Below, one piece after another: positions 1 to 13,399 of a stretch of DNA of 64,000 nt. This stretch comes from Octopus sinensis. Taxonomy: Eukaryota. A program made the translations under genes and the position numbers. Under the pieces are notes generated by a model. That model made no database searches, had not been told where the DNA came from, and saw only the letters and a program-made list of their open reading frames with translations. Numbering within the stretch: position 1 is the stretch's first letter; each line of letters starts with the position of its first letter. The stretch is from assembly GCF_006345805.1 (NCBI RefSeq), contig NC_043012.1, positions 54,002,001-54,066,000 on the forward strand, given 5' to 3'.

Positions 1-1930
1 AAAATAACCTCTGTTTATTTATGGGATTAATATAAATGCCTCGTATTTTAAAAGAGTGCTGCAACTCTACAACGTATGTTCAGATATCGTAGAGATTTAT
101 TTGCTTGTTAACCTTTCAGGGTGGGTGAAATAAGTATCAGTGCCGAGGGTGAATAGCCAGAACAGTGACAGAGAGAGACCTGAATTTGTTGCGGTATCTG
201 TACCGTCTAGGCGTCCTACGTTCAAATCTCGTACCAGCTGGTTTAGTCCTGTTACATAGTATCTTGCGGACCTTTAGCAGAATTCATTTTGTTGCAAGCA
301 TTTACCCCAAGTCTTAGGTTTGAGGATACCTTACAGCCTCCCACTCCGCCATCACCAGTCTCGAAGACCTTGTGAAGGGTGTGGGCACTGCATTTTCTCC
401 CAAATAAAAGATACTGCAAGCTTTTATAGCATTTATATTAAACTTTATTTCTATGCAGGAGACAATCCTGAGTTTTTTATCAATCATTAATTTAAGCTGT
501 CACTACACTCAAAATTAATTCACAAAATAACCTAAATACCTCTTCAGTCACTCTAATATTTATCGGTAACATTTAAGTAATATGACGCTGAAGAAGTCTA
601 AACAGGCCGAAACACAACCGGAGTTGTTGTTCTATTGCTGTAGATGACACTCACTCCCCATTATATCTTATATATAATTGACCTGTTCATCCACATTATA
701 GGTTATCTCCGTTGTTCGTACACTAAAATTAGTCAATGCAGTCATGGATTTTTTCCATCGCAAAAGAGTATAATTTTAGTTAAATAAATTTTATTCATTT
801 ACTATGTTAAGAATAACTATCATGGTAAATTTATGGCTCACCCAGGGGAAAAAAATTATTTTTCTTCACTTTTTTTCGTGTGCTGCCAACTAATCTGACC
901 TCTGCACATGCTACAAGAGACTTTTTCCCGAAAAACGGAGGGAGTGAGAGGAATGAGGGGAATCCGAAGTTCCCCCGTCCCCACTCCGTCCTTTAGGCAT
1001 GTTCGGAGGAACATTTTGGCATTCATCTTATCCCTTCGTGTTCTGAAACCTTAAGTGGTAAACTTAACCTGTCACTCTGCTTAACACCTCTATATCCATA
1101 GGGTAGTTTGAAAGACGTGTCAGCCCCTACGGAAAAAGTAATAAGAACAATAGAGCAACAATATAATAATATTAAATACATGTACTGGTTTTAGTATATT
1201 CACTTTCATTGACACTGACACACATCTATAAGGTCTGCATGAACACCGTCATTTTCGTGGCACAAGATGATCGGTGCAATGTCCTGTGTAATATTTTACA
1301 AAGCTGTACTTTAATGATTGTTGCAAAGGCTGCCGAAACGGGGTCCTTCAACTACAGGGTAATCTGATATTGCTCTTGGGAAACTCTCTCCTTGATAATA
1401 GAAAATTAAAACAATATTTACAGATCGTGACAATACTTTCAGAACACACTGTACATAATTCCTTAGGTACTTGAGTGGATTTCACTGTTTGAAAGCATTC
1501 CAGTCAGTTCTCTGGTTTGAGGATGATGTCCTCCATTTGTTTTCTTTGCCTTGGAGACGCTAAAAGCAATTGGGGTGGGCACATTTTACTTCCCTTCTCT
1601 CCCTAAAAAAGAATATCTATAATGAATTAATCGTTTCAATCCCTGAACTGGAACAATGCTGGGACAACGCCCTGAGGAGTTAAATCGAATAAATCGTTCC
1701 TATTAACTATATATGTTCAACGGTGTTTCTTATTTTGCCGGCCCCTCTTGACAAACCAGAACCAGTAAGAGATGTAGACATAAACAAACCAACGCCAGTT
1801 AGCAAAGGTGGCGGTTGACAAACACAAGGACAAAGAGACACACATACATATATGCGTGTGTGTGTGTGATACTCACGCATGGACGCACACACGCAGTGTT
1901 TATAAAATACATTTATACATATATTATATA

Positions 1931-1980
<50 letters not shown>

Positions 1981-1989
1981 TAATATATG

Positions 1990-2330
1990 AGGTTTCCAGT
2001 TGATCCGATCAACGGAACAGCATGCTCGTGAAATTAGCGTGCAAGTGGCTGACACGTGTACCCTTAACGTAGTTCTCGGGGATATTCAGCGTATTACAAA
2101 GTGTCACAAGGCTGGCCCTTTGAAATACAAGTACAACAGAAGCAGGAAGAAAGAGTGAGAGTAAGTTGTGGTGAAAGCGTACGCTGGGTACGCCACCACT
2201 CCCTGCTGGAGCCTCGTGGAGCTTTAGGTGTTTTCGCTCAATAAACACTCACAACGCCCGGTCTAGGAATCGAAACCGCGATCCTACAACCGCGAATCCG
2301 TTGCCTTAACTACCGGGCCATTGCACCTCC
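1990..2330 (-). mobile_element. tRNA-derived SINE family C (Arg-like head), body type 2
   Basis: Minus-strand head ggaggtgcaatggcccggtagttaaggc...ggtttcgattcc (A and B boxes); same body as 57655-58028. Confidence 0.85.
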
Positions 2331-2384
2331 AAATATATATATATATATATTATATATACATACATACATACATACATACACACA

Positions 2385-2615
2385 CCGGAGTAAACACATA
2401 AATGTGAAACAAGGTGGAAAAAAGAGTACTCAAATACCAGGGGTAGAGTAATATGCTTTATTTAAAAGCAGCAGAAATTCAACAAAACCTGTTACTCGGA
2501 GTTTCATGTTCCCGTTCGTCGGACAGTTTTCGGTTCTATTTTAACAAAACTGTCCGACGAGCGGGAACGTGAAACTCCGAGTAACAGGTTTTGTTGAATT
2601 TCTGCTGCTTTTAAT
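2385..2615. mobile_element. Penelope-like-derived inverted-repeat element with two opposed hammerhead motifs
   Basis: Arms about 2463-2530 and 2546-2614 are near-perfect reverse complements. Plus arm reads aaaactgt CCGACGA gcg-ggaa-cgt GAAA ct-ccg-ag TA acaggtttt. Flanked by TA/CA microsatellites; homologous to 41450-41700. Confidence 0.7.
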
Positions 2616-2620
2616 TAAAG

Positions 2621-2651
<31 letters not shown>

Positions 2652-3795
2652 TTCCACCTGCCTTCGTCTTTTGTCTATTTTCATAAAGCTTCCCGTTATA
2701 TATATATATATATATATAATAATGTGACAAGTCCCTTTGAAAACAGACACTACTCATTTCGCCAGCTGAGTGGAATAATGTGAAATAAGGTGTTTCCTTC
2801 AAAGACACAACGCGAGTAATCTGAGTCACGATCATTAAGATAGTGAGCCGAATACCATTGCCCTCTGTTCGCTAAGCTATGCACCCTCACTACGTAATGG
2901 TCGTCAGTTCGATTCCTGGCGGCGTGTTGCTTTATTGAACAAGACACTTTATTTCGCGCTATTCCAATCCACTCAGCTAGCAAAAATGAGCAAGTACCTT
3001 TATTTCGAAGGGTCACACTCTGTGTCACGCGGAATCTCCCTGAGAACTACGTTACGTGTACGCGTGTCTGTGGAGTGCTCGGCCACTTGCACATTTATTT
3101 TATGAAGCAGGCTGTTCTGATGGTCGAATCAATTGAAACTCACGTTGTTGAAACTAATAGAGTGCTATGGAATGATACATACATGCCAATGTAAACTACA
3201 AATTTGTACAAATTGTTTATATTACCATAAAGCCAAAATACTAAAACTAGTCTAAAAATAATACTAATAAACATGTGCCTGTGTTTGTAGAAGGCCAATA
3301 ACGCATTTAATAATAGCAATGAAACCTCAAACAATGTGATATATTGTTAGTACATGTTCACCAGTTGTGGCGAAGTATTCTTCCTTATGTATATAGATCG
3401 AACGATTAATCGATAGCTATTTCTATATCAAAGTAAATATATTAATCTCTGGTAAATACAAAGTATGTTCTTACTAAAATTTTACTGTGTATTTATAACT
3501 ACGTTTTATGGCTATATCACGGCTGACACGATGTTAGATTCACTTAATGTATGTATTTAATTCGTTGTCTGTAGTTTATCTAAATTTTACAGCAGTCTTA
3601 ACTTCTCAGAAAATTGTTTTTATTACAAAAAAATCTGTTGTAATGGTATTAGTACGATACTGGTATCACATATTGTCCTCTTTTTGTCGTCTGTTACTGA
3701 ATATAGCTTTATTCGAATAAGAACAGAAATATGCTTAAATATGTAGGCACAACACAAACGCATCTATATGCTTGTATACATATACGTAATATATA

Positions 3796-3971
3796 CGAGG
3801 AGGTGTAGAAAAGTTCCTGGCTTTGGGCAACAGAAAATATATGTTTTATCAGTTAATTATAATTTATTCAACATATTCCCCTCCAAAATTCACACACTTA
3901 TTGCAGTGGTTGAGCCTCCAGCCAGGCCTATCACGAAAATCTTAAAGAAGGAACTTTTCAGCACCGCCTTG
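3796..3971. mobile_element. Short mariner-like MITE
   Basis: Imperfect TIRs cgaggaggtgtagaaaagttcct / aggaacttttcagcaccgccttg, preceded by TA. Confidence 0.6.
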
Positions 3972-4034
3972 TGTGTGTGTGTGTGTGTTCTCATTTATAT
4001 ATATATGTACCTATGTATGAACAATTGTTCATAT

Positions 4035-4241
4035 ACTCTTTTGCTTGTTTCAGTCATTTGACTGCGGCCATGCTGGAGCACCGCCTTTAGTCGAGCAAAT
4101 CGACCCCGGGACTTATTCTTTGTAAGCCCAGTACTTATTCTATCGGTCTCTTTTTGCCGAACCGCTAAGTGACGGGGACGTAAACACACCAGCATCGGTT
4201 GTCAAGCAATGCTAGGGGGAAAAGATAGACACACAAACATG

Positions 4242-4273
<32 letters not shown>

Positions 4274-4445
4274 CACATATACGACAGGCTTCTTTCAGTT
4301 TCCGTCTACCAAATCCACTCACAAAGCTTTGGTCGGCCCGAGGCTATAGCAGAAGACACTTGCCCAAGATGCCACGCAGTGGGACTGAACCCGGAACCAT
4401 GTGGTTGGTTAGCAAGCTACTTACCACACAGCCACTCCTGCGCCT
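4035..4445 (-). mobile_element. tRNA-derived SINE family B (internal TA/TG microsatellite)
   Basis: Consensus ggcgyaggagtggctgtgtggtaag...gggttcagtccc...ccttgggcaagtgtcttct...(TA)n(TG)n...ccagcatggccgcagtcaaatgactgaaacaag; at least 15 copies in the window. Confidence 0.88.
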
Positions 4446-5089
4446 ATGTATGAACAATTTAGATAAGTGGCTAACAGGTTTAACAAGGATAAGGTCTGTC
4501 GACACCATCGACTCCAGTACTAGACTGGCACATTATTTTATCAAACTTGAAACGATGAAAGCCATATTGCCGAAAATTGGATTTGAACTCGAAACGTAAA
4601 TTGCTGCAAAACAAATGCCACTAAGCATTCATTTTTTTCTTGTTCATTTTTTCTTTTTTTTTTTCGTAATGTTTAGAATTCTCCCAGCCCACTCTGTTCT
4701 GTTTGTGAAGTTGATATTTTCATAGCACCAAAATGTTATATTGAATATTGAAGTCAATAAATCTCTAAACAATACATATATTTTTTTTTAATGCGACACA
4801 TCACGTCATATATATGTCTTTTTATTTTTCATTTATATATACATATATTTTTTTTTGCGATCATCATGACTACACTTCCAACACTTTTTTCTGCTTTTGA
4901 AATTATTAATACTCAAATGATACTTTACCGACTTCTGCTGAAGTCCTATTAATCTTTTTGTATATTTTGACACACACACACACAAAAATTACTTTTTATT
5001 TTTTCAATGAACTATCATGTGAAAATGTTAGCCTCGTAATGATAAATTGACGAGGTTGCAAATACAGGGCATATATATGTGTGTGTGTA

Positions 5090-5132
<43 letters not shown>

Positions 5133-6034
5133 CATACATACATGTATACATGCACACACATACACGTATATATAAATATGTATATATATATATATATTAA
5201 TATTATATATAATGTCGTTACCACGCCGGGCAAAATGTTTAGCAGCACTTCGTCAGTCTTTGCCTTTCATCCTTTCAGGGTTGATGAAATAAGTACCAGT
5301 TGAGCACTGGGGGTCGATTTAATTGACTGATTCCTCCTCCCCTAAGATTACTGGCCCTGTGCAAAAATTTGAAACCGATATTATATAAAATACCTATCTC
5401 TAGATGTGTATATATGTATGTATTCACACATATTTATATACATATATATAGACACACATATGTGGGTGTAAGTCTGTATCTTCTCCCGATAACAATATTC
5501 GCACTACTTTTAGGGGCCGATTGAACGGATAAGAAACTTACTTCGAAAACACGAGGTCACGGTTTCGATGACACTGCTCGTAGCAGAAGTCATTTTTCTA
5601 TAGACTCGAGTCTGTTCATACCTCGTGGCATTGGGTTGACAAAGATTGCACAGAAGCTTGTCTTTGGGGTTTTACCTGTAATTAAAAATATACAGTTACG
5701 TGTACTGCTAGACAACTTTTCTTCAATTCTTTACGATGCTTGTTGGAACTTAAAGCGTCAGATTGTCGTTGTTGTTACTTTGACCTCACCCAAACCATTT
5801 TCTCTTTATTCCGAAGACGACATGTGTTTAGCATTCTGTCTTATATGAGCTGAATAAGTATGCTGGGCCGCAATCCACCAAAAGGTTTTGGTACATACTG
5901 GAAAAAGTACTTTGTCGCAACGGATGAATTATGCACATGATTGGATCAAAAGCAGAGGCCGGAAATCGAACGACATTTTGTTCTGGTGACCACGTTGCAT
6001 CTTGAACATGGTCTTCTCGAAGAGAAACCTGTTC

Positions 6035-6099
<65 letters not shown>

Positions 6100-6954
6100 C
6101 CCAACAACTTTTTCTCATTTGTTCTATTTTACCAACCACTGTTTTTTATTCCTTATCTATTAATTTTTCAATCTTTTTTGGTGATGAAGGACTAGCGGCC
6201 GAAAAGTCAAGATTCTTTTCCTTCTATTTAAGCTTTAAACTAAATTGATACAAATCTTGTGAAAACTTTTCCCTTATCCATGTTCTTGTGCTCATTGCTT
6301 TCTCAATGCATATACAGATGCAGTTATAGACACAGAGATATACGTTTCCCTCAGTTCGCCCATGGCTAATCTATTCTTGGTTAGGTCAACTGACTGTCAG
6401 CTTCTGAGTTAGAATGTTACCTACTTATTCAATATTGTTTAAACAAATTATTGATTTGACATTAAAATGCAAACATTCCCTTTCAACAGATGTAAGGAAA
6501 AACGAAAACTGGTGGGGAAAAGATCGAAAAAGAAACACTAAATATATCATAAACAAAATCATCATTTTCATAAAATTCCCTTCATCTTTTTCTTTGGCTT
6601 TTGGGTTTTATCTTCATTTAGCTTTCTGTATGGAGAGCGTTAGAACAAAGTAATATGTTCTTTTAAAATAAGAGCTATAGAATTTAGGTGATTTTATAGG
6701 TTTTATGAATATTTATTTATAAATAAGTTGTGAAAAAATAACTAAAATTTATTTATCCTAAATTATCTATTTTAAAATTTATCATGAGCACAAATACGAC
6801 AACTACAAACGATAGTTAATAACAAAAAAAATGTGAAATATTGAATCGAGTACATTCCACACACCGACCTACGTCATACAGTTACTCTTACTCGCACAGA
6901 AAAACACACGCACGTGTACAGCTAGATGCGTTTCTGTATAATGATAGATAGATG

Positions 6955-7059
6955 CATGTATGTGTGTGTGTGTGAGTAGTGTATATATACACACACACAC
7001 ACACACACACAGACATATATATATAAATATATATGTGTGTACGCATGTATATATATATG

Positions 7060-7092
<33 letters not shown>

Positions 7093-7345
7093 ACGCATGT
7101 ATATATATATATATATATTATATATATATACATATGTGTGTGTGTGTATGTATATATATATAATGTATATATTATATAATACATATGTGTGTACGTATAT
7201 ATTATATTATATAATGTATATATATATTATATACATATGTGTGTACGATGTATATATATATATAATGTATATATATATACATATGTGGTACGTATGTATA
7301 TATATATAATGTATATATATATATATACATATGTGTGTACGTATG

Positions 7346-7377
<32 letters not shown>

Positions 7378-7568
7378 CGTATGTGTGTACGTATGTATAT
7401 ATATGTATGTATATATATATATATACATATATATTGTATGTATGTATGTATGTATGCATGATGTATGTATATATATATATATATATTATATTATATAATA
7501 TATATATATATATTTATGTATATATGTATGTATGTATATATGCATGTATGTATGTATATATATATGTA

Positions 7569-7601
<33 letters not shown>

Positions 7602-7629
7602 GTATATATGTAGGTTTTATATATGCATG

Positions 7630-7716
<87 letters not shown>

Positions 7717-7750
7717 TACATACATATATATTCATAGATAGATAGATAGA
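6955..7750. repeat. Compound (TA)n/(TG)n/(TATG)n microsatellite array
   Basis: Directly visible. Confidence 0.95.
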
Positions 7751-8348
7751 TTGACGCACAATCATTATTAAAGACACAAATCATTTTATATTCGCGTCAT
7801 TTATTGCTGGAGTTACGGCTTAGAATTTTCCTTCATTTATCGTATATTAATTTTCTCATTAACATTCTGTTGAATATGATCTCGCATCACATCCAGATAT
7901 TGTTTAATAGAATAATTTTGTTACCAACTGCCATTATTCTCTCTTATCTTTATCATGCATCACAAACTAAAATTTTTAAGTATTTCCATGAGTCATTAAC
8001 ACGGTCGTTTTATATGTGCAATCATTTTTGTTACACACTATAAACCATATTACGAGGTATTTTTACACATATATATTTTTTTTTACAACTTTCCTGTAAT
8101 ATTTGGATCAGTTCTGATTAACATATCCTTTGTAACCGAATTGTATGACTTTCGATATATGAGTTTTGCTTTGTTTTTTTTTTTCTCTTTTCCTTTCTTA
8201 TTTTTTTCTCGTTATTATCTCTACTAACACACTGTAATCATCGGCTTCATTTATATATGTGTTCTTGTGTTCTGTTACTGAATGCGTCTTTATTCAAATA
8301 GGAAAACAGATATGCTTAAATATGTGCACACAACACACGCATACATAA

Positions 8349-8394
<46 letters not shown>

Positions 8395-8851
8395 GTAATA
8401 CACACATGCACAGGTATAATAACAACAACAGCAGCACAAGTCTGTTTCATACCTCTGCTACTTTAACTCACAAACAGGTTTGTTTACATTAGTTCTGATT
8501 GGTTATTAAATACCAAATCACATTTTGGATACAGCAAATTAGTTTTAAAGAATTTACCAACATGACATAGAAATTTCCAAGAGTAGATCAAAATATCAAA
8601 AGATGATTTTGTGCGTGTTTCGAAGGGCAACCAAGTTCCAAACATTTATTATATTGCAGCCTGGATTTCTGGTCCTCTGCCAAGAAAGAAAATTCTCTAC
8701 CATCTTTCGCAAATTGTTCTTCAGTAATACTTCAAAGTTATTATTTCTGCAAGCAAAGCTACCATATTTACTACCTACCGTTCTTACAAATCCAGTATAC
8801 ACACACGTACACACAGACAGACAGACAGACAGACAGACAGGCAGGGCAGGC

Positions 8852-8951
8852 NNNNNNNNNNNNNNNNNNNNNNNNNNNNNNNNNNNNNNNNNNNNNNNNN
8901 NNNNNNNNNNNNNNNNNNNNNNNNNNNNNNNNNNNNNNNNNNNNNNNNNNN
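8852..8951. other. Assembly gap (100 N)
   Basis: Run of N. Confidence 1.
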
Positions 8952-9243
8952 CACGTGAAGATGAAATACATACCGCGAAGCATTTCAGCCGGCATGCTAA
9001 CAATTCTGTCAGCTCGAGGAATAATATAGGCTCTTCCTTCCCGTTTCAAGGAAGGAGGCACTACAATATTCACGATAGACTCGGTTGAAAAACTAACTCG
9101 TCCCACACGCGATAGCAGTCATTCGACATAGGCCCACAGGTCGGACATGGTAGGTAGGTAGTTAGGTAGGTAGCCAGATAGATAGGTAGCCAGATAGGTA
9201 GATAGATAGATAGATAGATAGATTGATGGGTTTTTACGCCTAT

Positions 9244-9318
9244 TATAGGCGGTCTGTAAATTTGAACCTGGAAACAGTTCCTAACCATAATGAAGGCATG
9301 GAAAAAACTTGGGCATGC

Positions 9319-9401
<83 letters not shown>

Positions 9402-9505
9402 TGTGTGATATAGATAGATAGATAGGCGGTCTGTAAATCTGAACATAGAAACAGTTCCTAACCACAATGAAAGCCTGGAAAAAATTTCGGCATGCCTCTG
9501 TGTAT
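9244..9505. repeat. Direct duplication of about 80 bp separated by (GT)n/(GATA)n
   Basis: ataggcggtctgtaaat...ggcatgcctctgtg at about 9245-9325 and 9422-9505. Confidence 0.85.
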
Positions 9506-9705
9506 GTGTGTGTGTATATGTGTGTGGGGTATGTAACAACCAATTTGTTAAGCACATTGTCGACAAGAAAGGTATATACTGGGGTCGTGGTCAGCAGTTA
9601 TTTTTACGAAAACAATATAACAAAACATCCTCTGTTATTTATGTGTTACCAACAATGTAATGTAAACTTTATTCCCTTTTTTCTTTTACTTGAATTATTC
9701 ACCAG

Positions 9706-9823
9706 TATAATGTTGTCACCCCGATGACGTCGATGTCGATCGCGAAACCAGAAGAGGAGGAAGAACAAAGAAATGAGGATCAAAATACTGCTCCAGACCC
9801 GTCCGTGCCGGAAAATTTAAAAT
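9706..9823 (+). CDS. ITIH-like gene, first coding exon visible in the window (end of the post-vWA region plus acidic linker)
   Basis: Polypyrimidine tract and accAG acceptor, GTAAGT donor. Translates YNVVTPMTSMSIAKPEEEEEQRNEDQNTAPDPSVPENLK, matching the ITIH motif Y-x-F/V-V-T-P-x-T-S-M-x-x-x-K-P-E. 118 nt, ends in phase 1. Upstream VIT/vWA exons were not found in the window. Confidence 0.85.
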
Positions 9824-9861
9824 GTAAGTAATCATCTATGTGTCTATTCAATTAAACATCC

Positions 9862-10040
9862 TAGATCGTTAGCCACTACACACATTTTTTCTCTCCTTGT
9901 TTTCTGTGTCTCTTTCTGTAGATGAGCGTAGGCTCGAAACGTAAAATACTTTTTCTATTCCTGAGCGTTATACTAATACATCTGTTTGTTTTGTACACCA
10001 CCTGTCTTCGTCTTTTGTTGTTTTTTTCGTAAATTCTCCC
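9862..10040 (+). mobile_element. (TA)n-associated short element of about 180 bp with a hammerhead-like motif (family P1)
   Basis: tcttt CTGTAGA t gagc-gtag-gctc GAAA cg TA aaat, ending ...aaattctccc(TA)n. Other copies at 40484-40625(-), 41208-41400(-), 53886-54075(-); 3' tails at 2650-2697 and 17505-17596. Confidence 0.7.
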
Positions 10041-10565
10041 TATATATATAGTCGAATCAAAGATGTCAGGTCCTCCTTAGGGGTTAAATAATCCAAAACT
10101 TTAACTGGTTAAATACTATCATATAAGGAGAAAGTTTCGGTGATATGTTAGGGATTATTATAGTAATACACATTGTTGATAATGATGGAAGGAAGAAAAT
10201 ATATCTCGCAGGAGCGGGTGTGTGGTTAGTAGCTTGCTACTGTGGTAAGGAAAAGTATGGATCCTGTGTAAAGGACCCCAACTTGCGGCTGTTGGAATTC
10301 CTGCAGGAGGCAAGAAAATTGATTTTTTTATTGTAATGGACATTTTAGTCCATAAATGTGTTATAAAATTGTAAGAGGTTTAATACCTCATTTAGTATTT
10401 TTTTTTTTAAAAACAAGGTTTTAGAGAAGCAAAAGTCGGCGGGCGCTTTTCGTCTTCTCCCATTCTTATCATCTTTGCATCATAATCATCCGCCTCATTA
10501 ATGTCTATGTCTAGCCTGCAACCTACTCTTTGTAATGCCTTTATGGCAAATTTCTATGAAATAAA

Positions 10566-10712
10566 GTAGCTTGCTAAACAACCACATAGTTCTAGGTTCA
10601 GTTCCATTGAGTGGCACCTTGGGCAAGTGTCTTCTACTATGGCCGCGGGCCGACCAAAGCCTTGTGAGTAGATCTGGTAGACGGAAACTGAAAGAAGCCC
10701 GTCGTGTATATA

Positions 10713-10744
<32 letters not shown>

Positions 10745-10752
10745 GTGGTGAG

Positions 10753-10801
<49 letters not shown>

Positions 10802-11000
10802 TTGTTCCCCCACCGTCGCTTGACAACCGATGCCGGTGTGTTTTCGTCCCCGTAACTGAGCGGTTCGACAAAAGAGTACGATAGAATAAGTACTAGGCTT
10901 ACAAAGAATAAGTCCTGTAGTCGATTTGTTCGACTAAAGGAGGTGTTCCAGCATGGCCGCAGTCAAATGACTGAAACAAGTAAAAGACTAAAAGAAGTAA
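10566..11000 (+). mobile_element. SINE family B
   Basis: Matches the family B consensus. Confidence 0.85.
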
Positions 11001-11217
11001 AAGACTAAACGACGGGGACGTAAACAAATCAACACCGTTGTCACGCTGTTGTGGAGAACAAACACACAAGATCACCACACGCATGTATATATCTGTAAAT
11101 ATAATATGAGCAGCACACACAAACGTATATATATATATATATATTGTATATATTATATATAATATAATATATATATATATACTATATATAGTATATAATA
11201 TATATATATATATATAT

Positions 11218-11259
<42 letters not shown>

Positions 11260-11268
11260 TATATATTT

Positions 11269-11470
11269 TGGCGGCGAGCTGGCAGAATCGTTAGCACGCC
11301 AGGCAACATGCTCAGCAGTATTTCGTCTGTCGCTACGTTCTGAGTTCAAATCCCGCCGAGGTCGACTTTGCCTTTCATCCTTTCGGGGTCGATATAATCG
11401 ACTTAATTTGTTTGTCTGTCCTTGTTTGTCCCTTCTGTGTTAAGCCCCTTGTGGGTAGTAAAGAAATACG
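11269..11470 (+). mobile_element. tRNA-derived SINE family A
   Basis: ggcggcgagctggcagaatcgttagcacgcc...gagttcaaatcccgccgaggtcgactttgcctttcatcctttcggggtcgat; at least 20 copies or fragments in the window. Confidence 0.85.
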
Positions 11471-12096
11471 TATATATATATGTATGTACACACGTCGGGC
11501 TTCCGTGTGCGAAATCTATTAACAAGACTTAGGTTGGGTCGAGCCGAGACTTTAGTAGAAGACAGTTACCGAAGGTGCCAAGCAGTGGAACTGAACCCAG
11601 AATCATGTGGCTGGAAAGCTTAAGAGCCAACGTCTTACCACATGGCCACGGCTGTGCCTACACACACACACACACACACACACACGTGTAAATTCCTATT
11701 TAACCCTCTTGCGTGTATTCAGATGTGATATGATCTTTCGCTACGAAGACTGTCCCTCGAGAAAATTCCCCATCTAGGCGTATGAATACACATTTTGGGG
11801 CTGTGAATGATGTTATCAGATCGTAGGACATATCCGTTTCTGCGCCGTTCTGCATCGGCAGCTACGAAAATCATCTCTCTCTCTCTCTCTCTCTCTCACT
11901 CTCTCACTCTCTCTCAGTCTCTCTTTCTCTGTTATTCTCTTTCCATCTCTCTCTCTTTCGCTCAGTCTGTCTTTCTCTTTGTCATTCTCTTTCCACCCAC
12001 CCCCCCTCTCTCTCTCTCTCTGTTATTCTCTTTCTCTCAGTCTCTCTTTCTCTATGTCATTCTCTTTCCATCCCCCCTCTCTCTCCCTCCTAAACT

Positions 12097-12132
<36 letters not shown>

Positions 12133-12465
12133 TACATGCATACATACATATGTACAGGCAACAGCCATCGAGCTGTACTCGTGCTTTCTAAACATGTGTA
12201 TATATTAGCAGTAGTAGTAGTACTGGCAGTAGTGTGTATGGGTGGTTGTGTTGTTGTTTGTGTGTATGTGACAGTTTTTAAAATTTATTACTCAGTTGTC
12301 TTACAAATAATATAAATGTTGTGTCTATAATAAATTATGTCTTTGATTATATTCCATAGTTACATACAAAACTATTGCAGAATAACATTGTAGATTGATT
12401 GTTATGTTACATTGGATGAATAAATATTTAACCTTATATATCCATAATTATATCTTTACTTTAAA

Positions 12466-12860
12466 TTAGCAGTATCGCCCGGCGTTGCTCGGGTTTGTTT
12501 CGACCCTTTAGAATTGGAATTTTTGGAAAGTAAAAATGTTGCCTTATGTTGCTTGTTATTCTCTTTAAGTGAACATTTTTCTGGTTGAAATACACCGAAA
12601 AATGGCGACACAGCAGTCAAGAAAATCGTAAACATAGGGATTTTCATAGAAAAAAAGCACCTTTTTGATGTAAATAATTTTTGGTCTTAACATGGTCCGA
12701 TTTGAATTTTATCTTCTACGGAATGAAAAGCAAGCCTTCTTTTATCATACTCTCAATTTTGGTCAACTTGCACCGTACGGTCTCGGAGGAGATAGTGTTA
12801 GTTGAAGGCTACCAAACCTGCCACACACAGACAACTTCAGCTTTATATAGAGAGAGATTA
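12466..12860 (+). mobile_element. Helentron/Helitron-associated non-autonomous element (DINE-1/HINE-like)
   Basis: Starts tagcagtatcgcccggcgttgctcggg (subterminal hairpin) and ends cacacacagacaacttcagctttatatag. A similar 3' end occurs at about 39870-39965. Confidence 0.6.
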
Positions 12861-13399
12861 ATGGTTATCAGATGAATTTTATTTGATTTACTTAAATTTT
12901 GGCCCACTGAAACCTAGTGGTGTCGAGGGCAAAAATACCTTCCCTTATCTAGTTACATCCGTTATGTTTTGAATTCAGATCATATCATACCGAGGACATA
13001 CTTGCTTTTAATATTCTTGGAGTTGGTTAAGAGGCTTGCTTACCAATCACATGATTCCCGGTTCAATCTCATTGCGTCGCATCTTGAGCAAGTACCTTTA
13101 TCTATTGCGTCGTGAGTGGATTTGGTAGCCGGAAACTGAAAGAAGCCCGTCGTATATATGTATATGTATATATCTATATGTGTGTCTCTGATCCTGTGTT
13201 TGTCCCCACCCTCCACTAACCACCTGACAAGAGGTTTTGATGTGTTTACGTTAACTAGCGGTTCGATAAGTACTGGAATCGATTTTTTAGACTAAAATGC
13301 TTCAAGGCAGTGCCCCAGCATGGTCGCAGTTAACTAACTGAAACAAGTAAATGATAGACGATAAAAGATAAAACATTGTTATTTCTAATAGTCTTTTGT

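Noticed and set aside
584-640. CTGAAGA...GAAA hammerhead-like string
   Set aside because: No NUH with a pairing stem I partner; too degenerate to call.
4360-4599. Recurrent peptides such as PKVPRSGTEPGTMWLVSKLLTTQP in many ORFs
   Set aside because: They are antisense translations of SINE family B, not a gene family.
6888-7777. Many ORFs rich in Y/I/H/T/C/V here and at 48722-49388, 51557-52085, 55267-57278 and 60373-61100
   Set aside because: They are translations of (TA)n, (TG)n and (GAAA)n microsatellites with no coding signal.
8596-9106. Long ORFs spanning 8852-8951
   Set aside because: They are open only because they read through the N gap.
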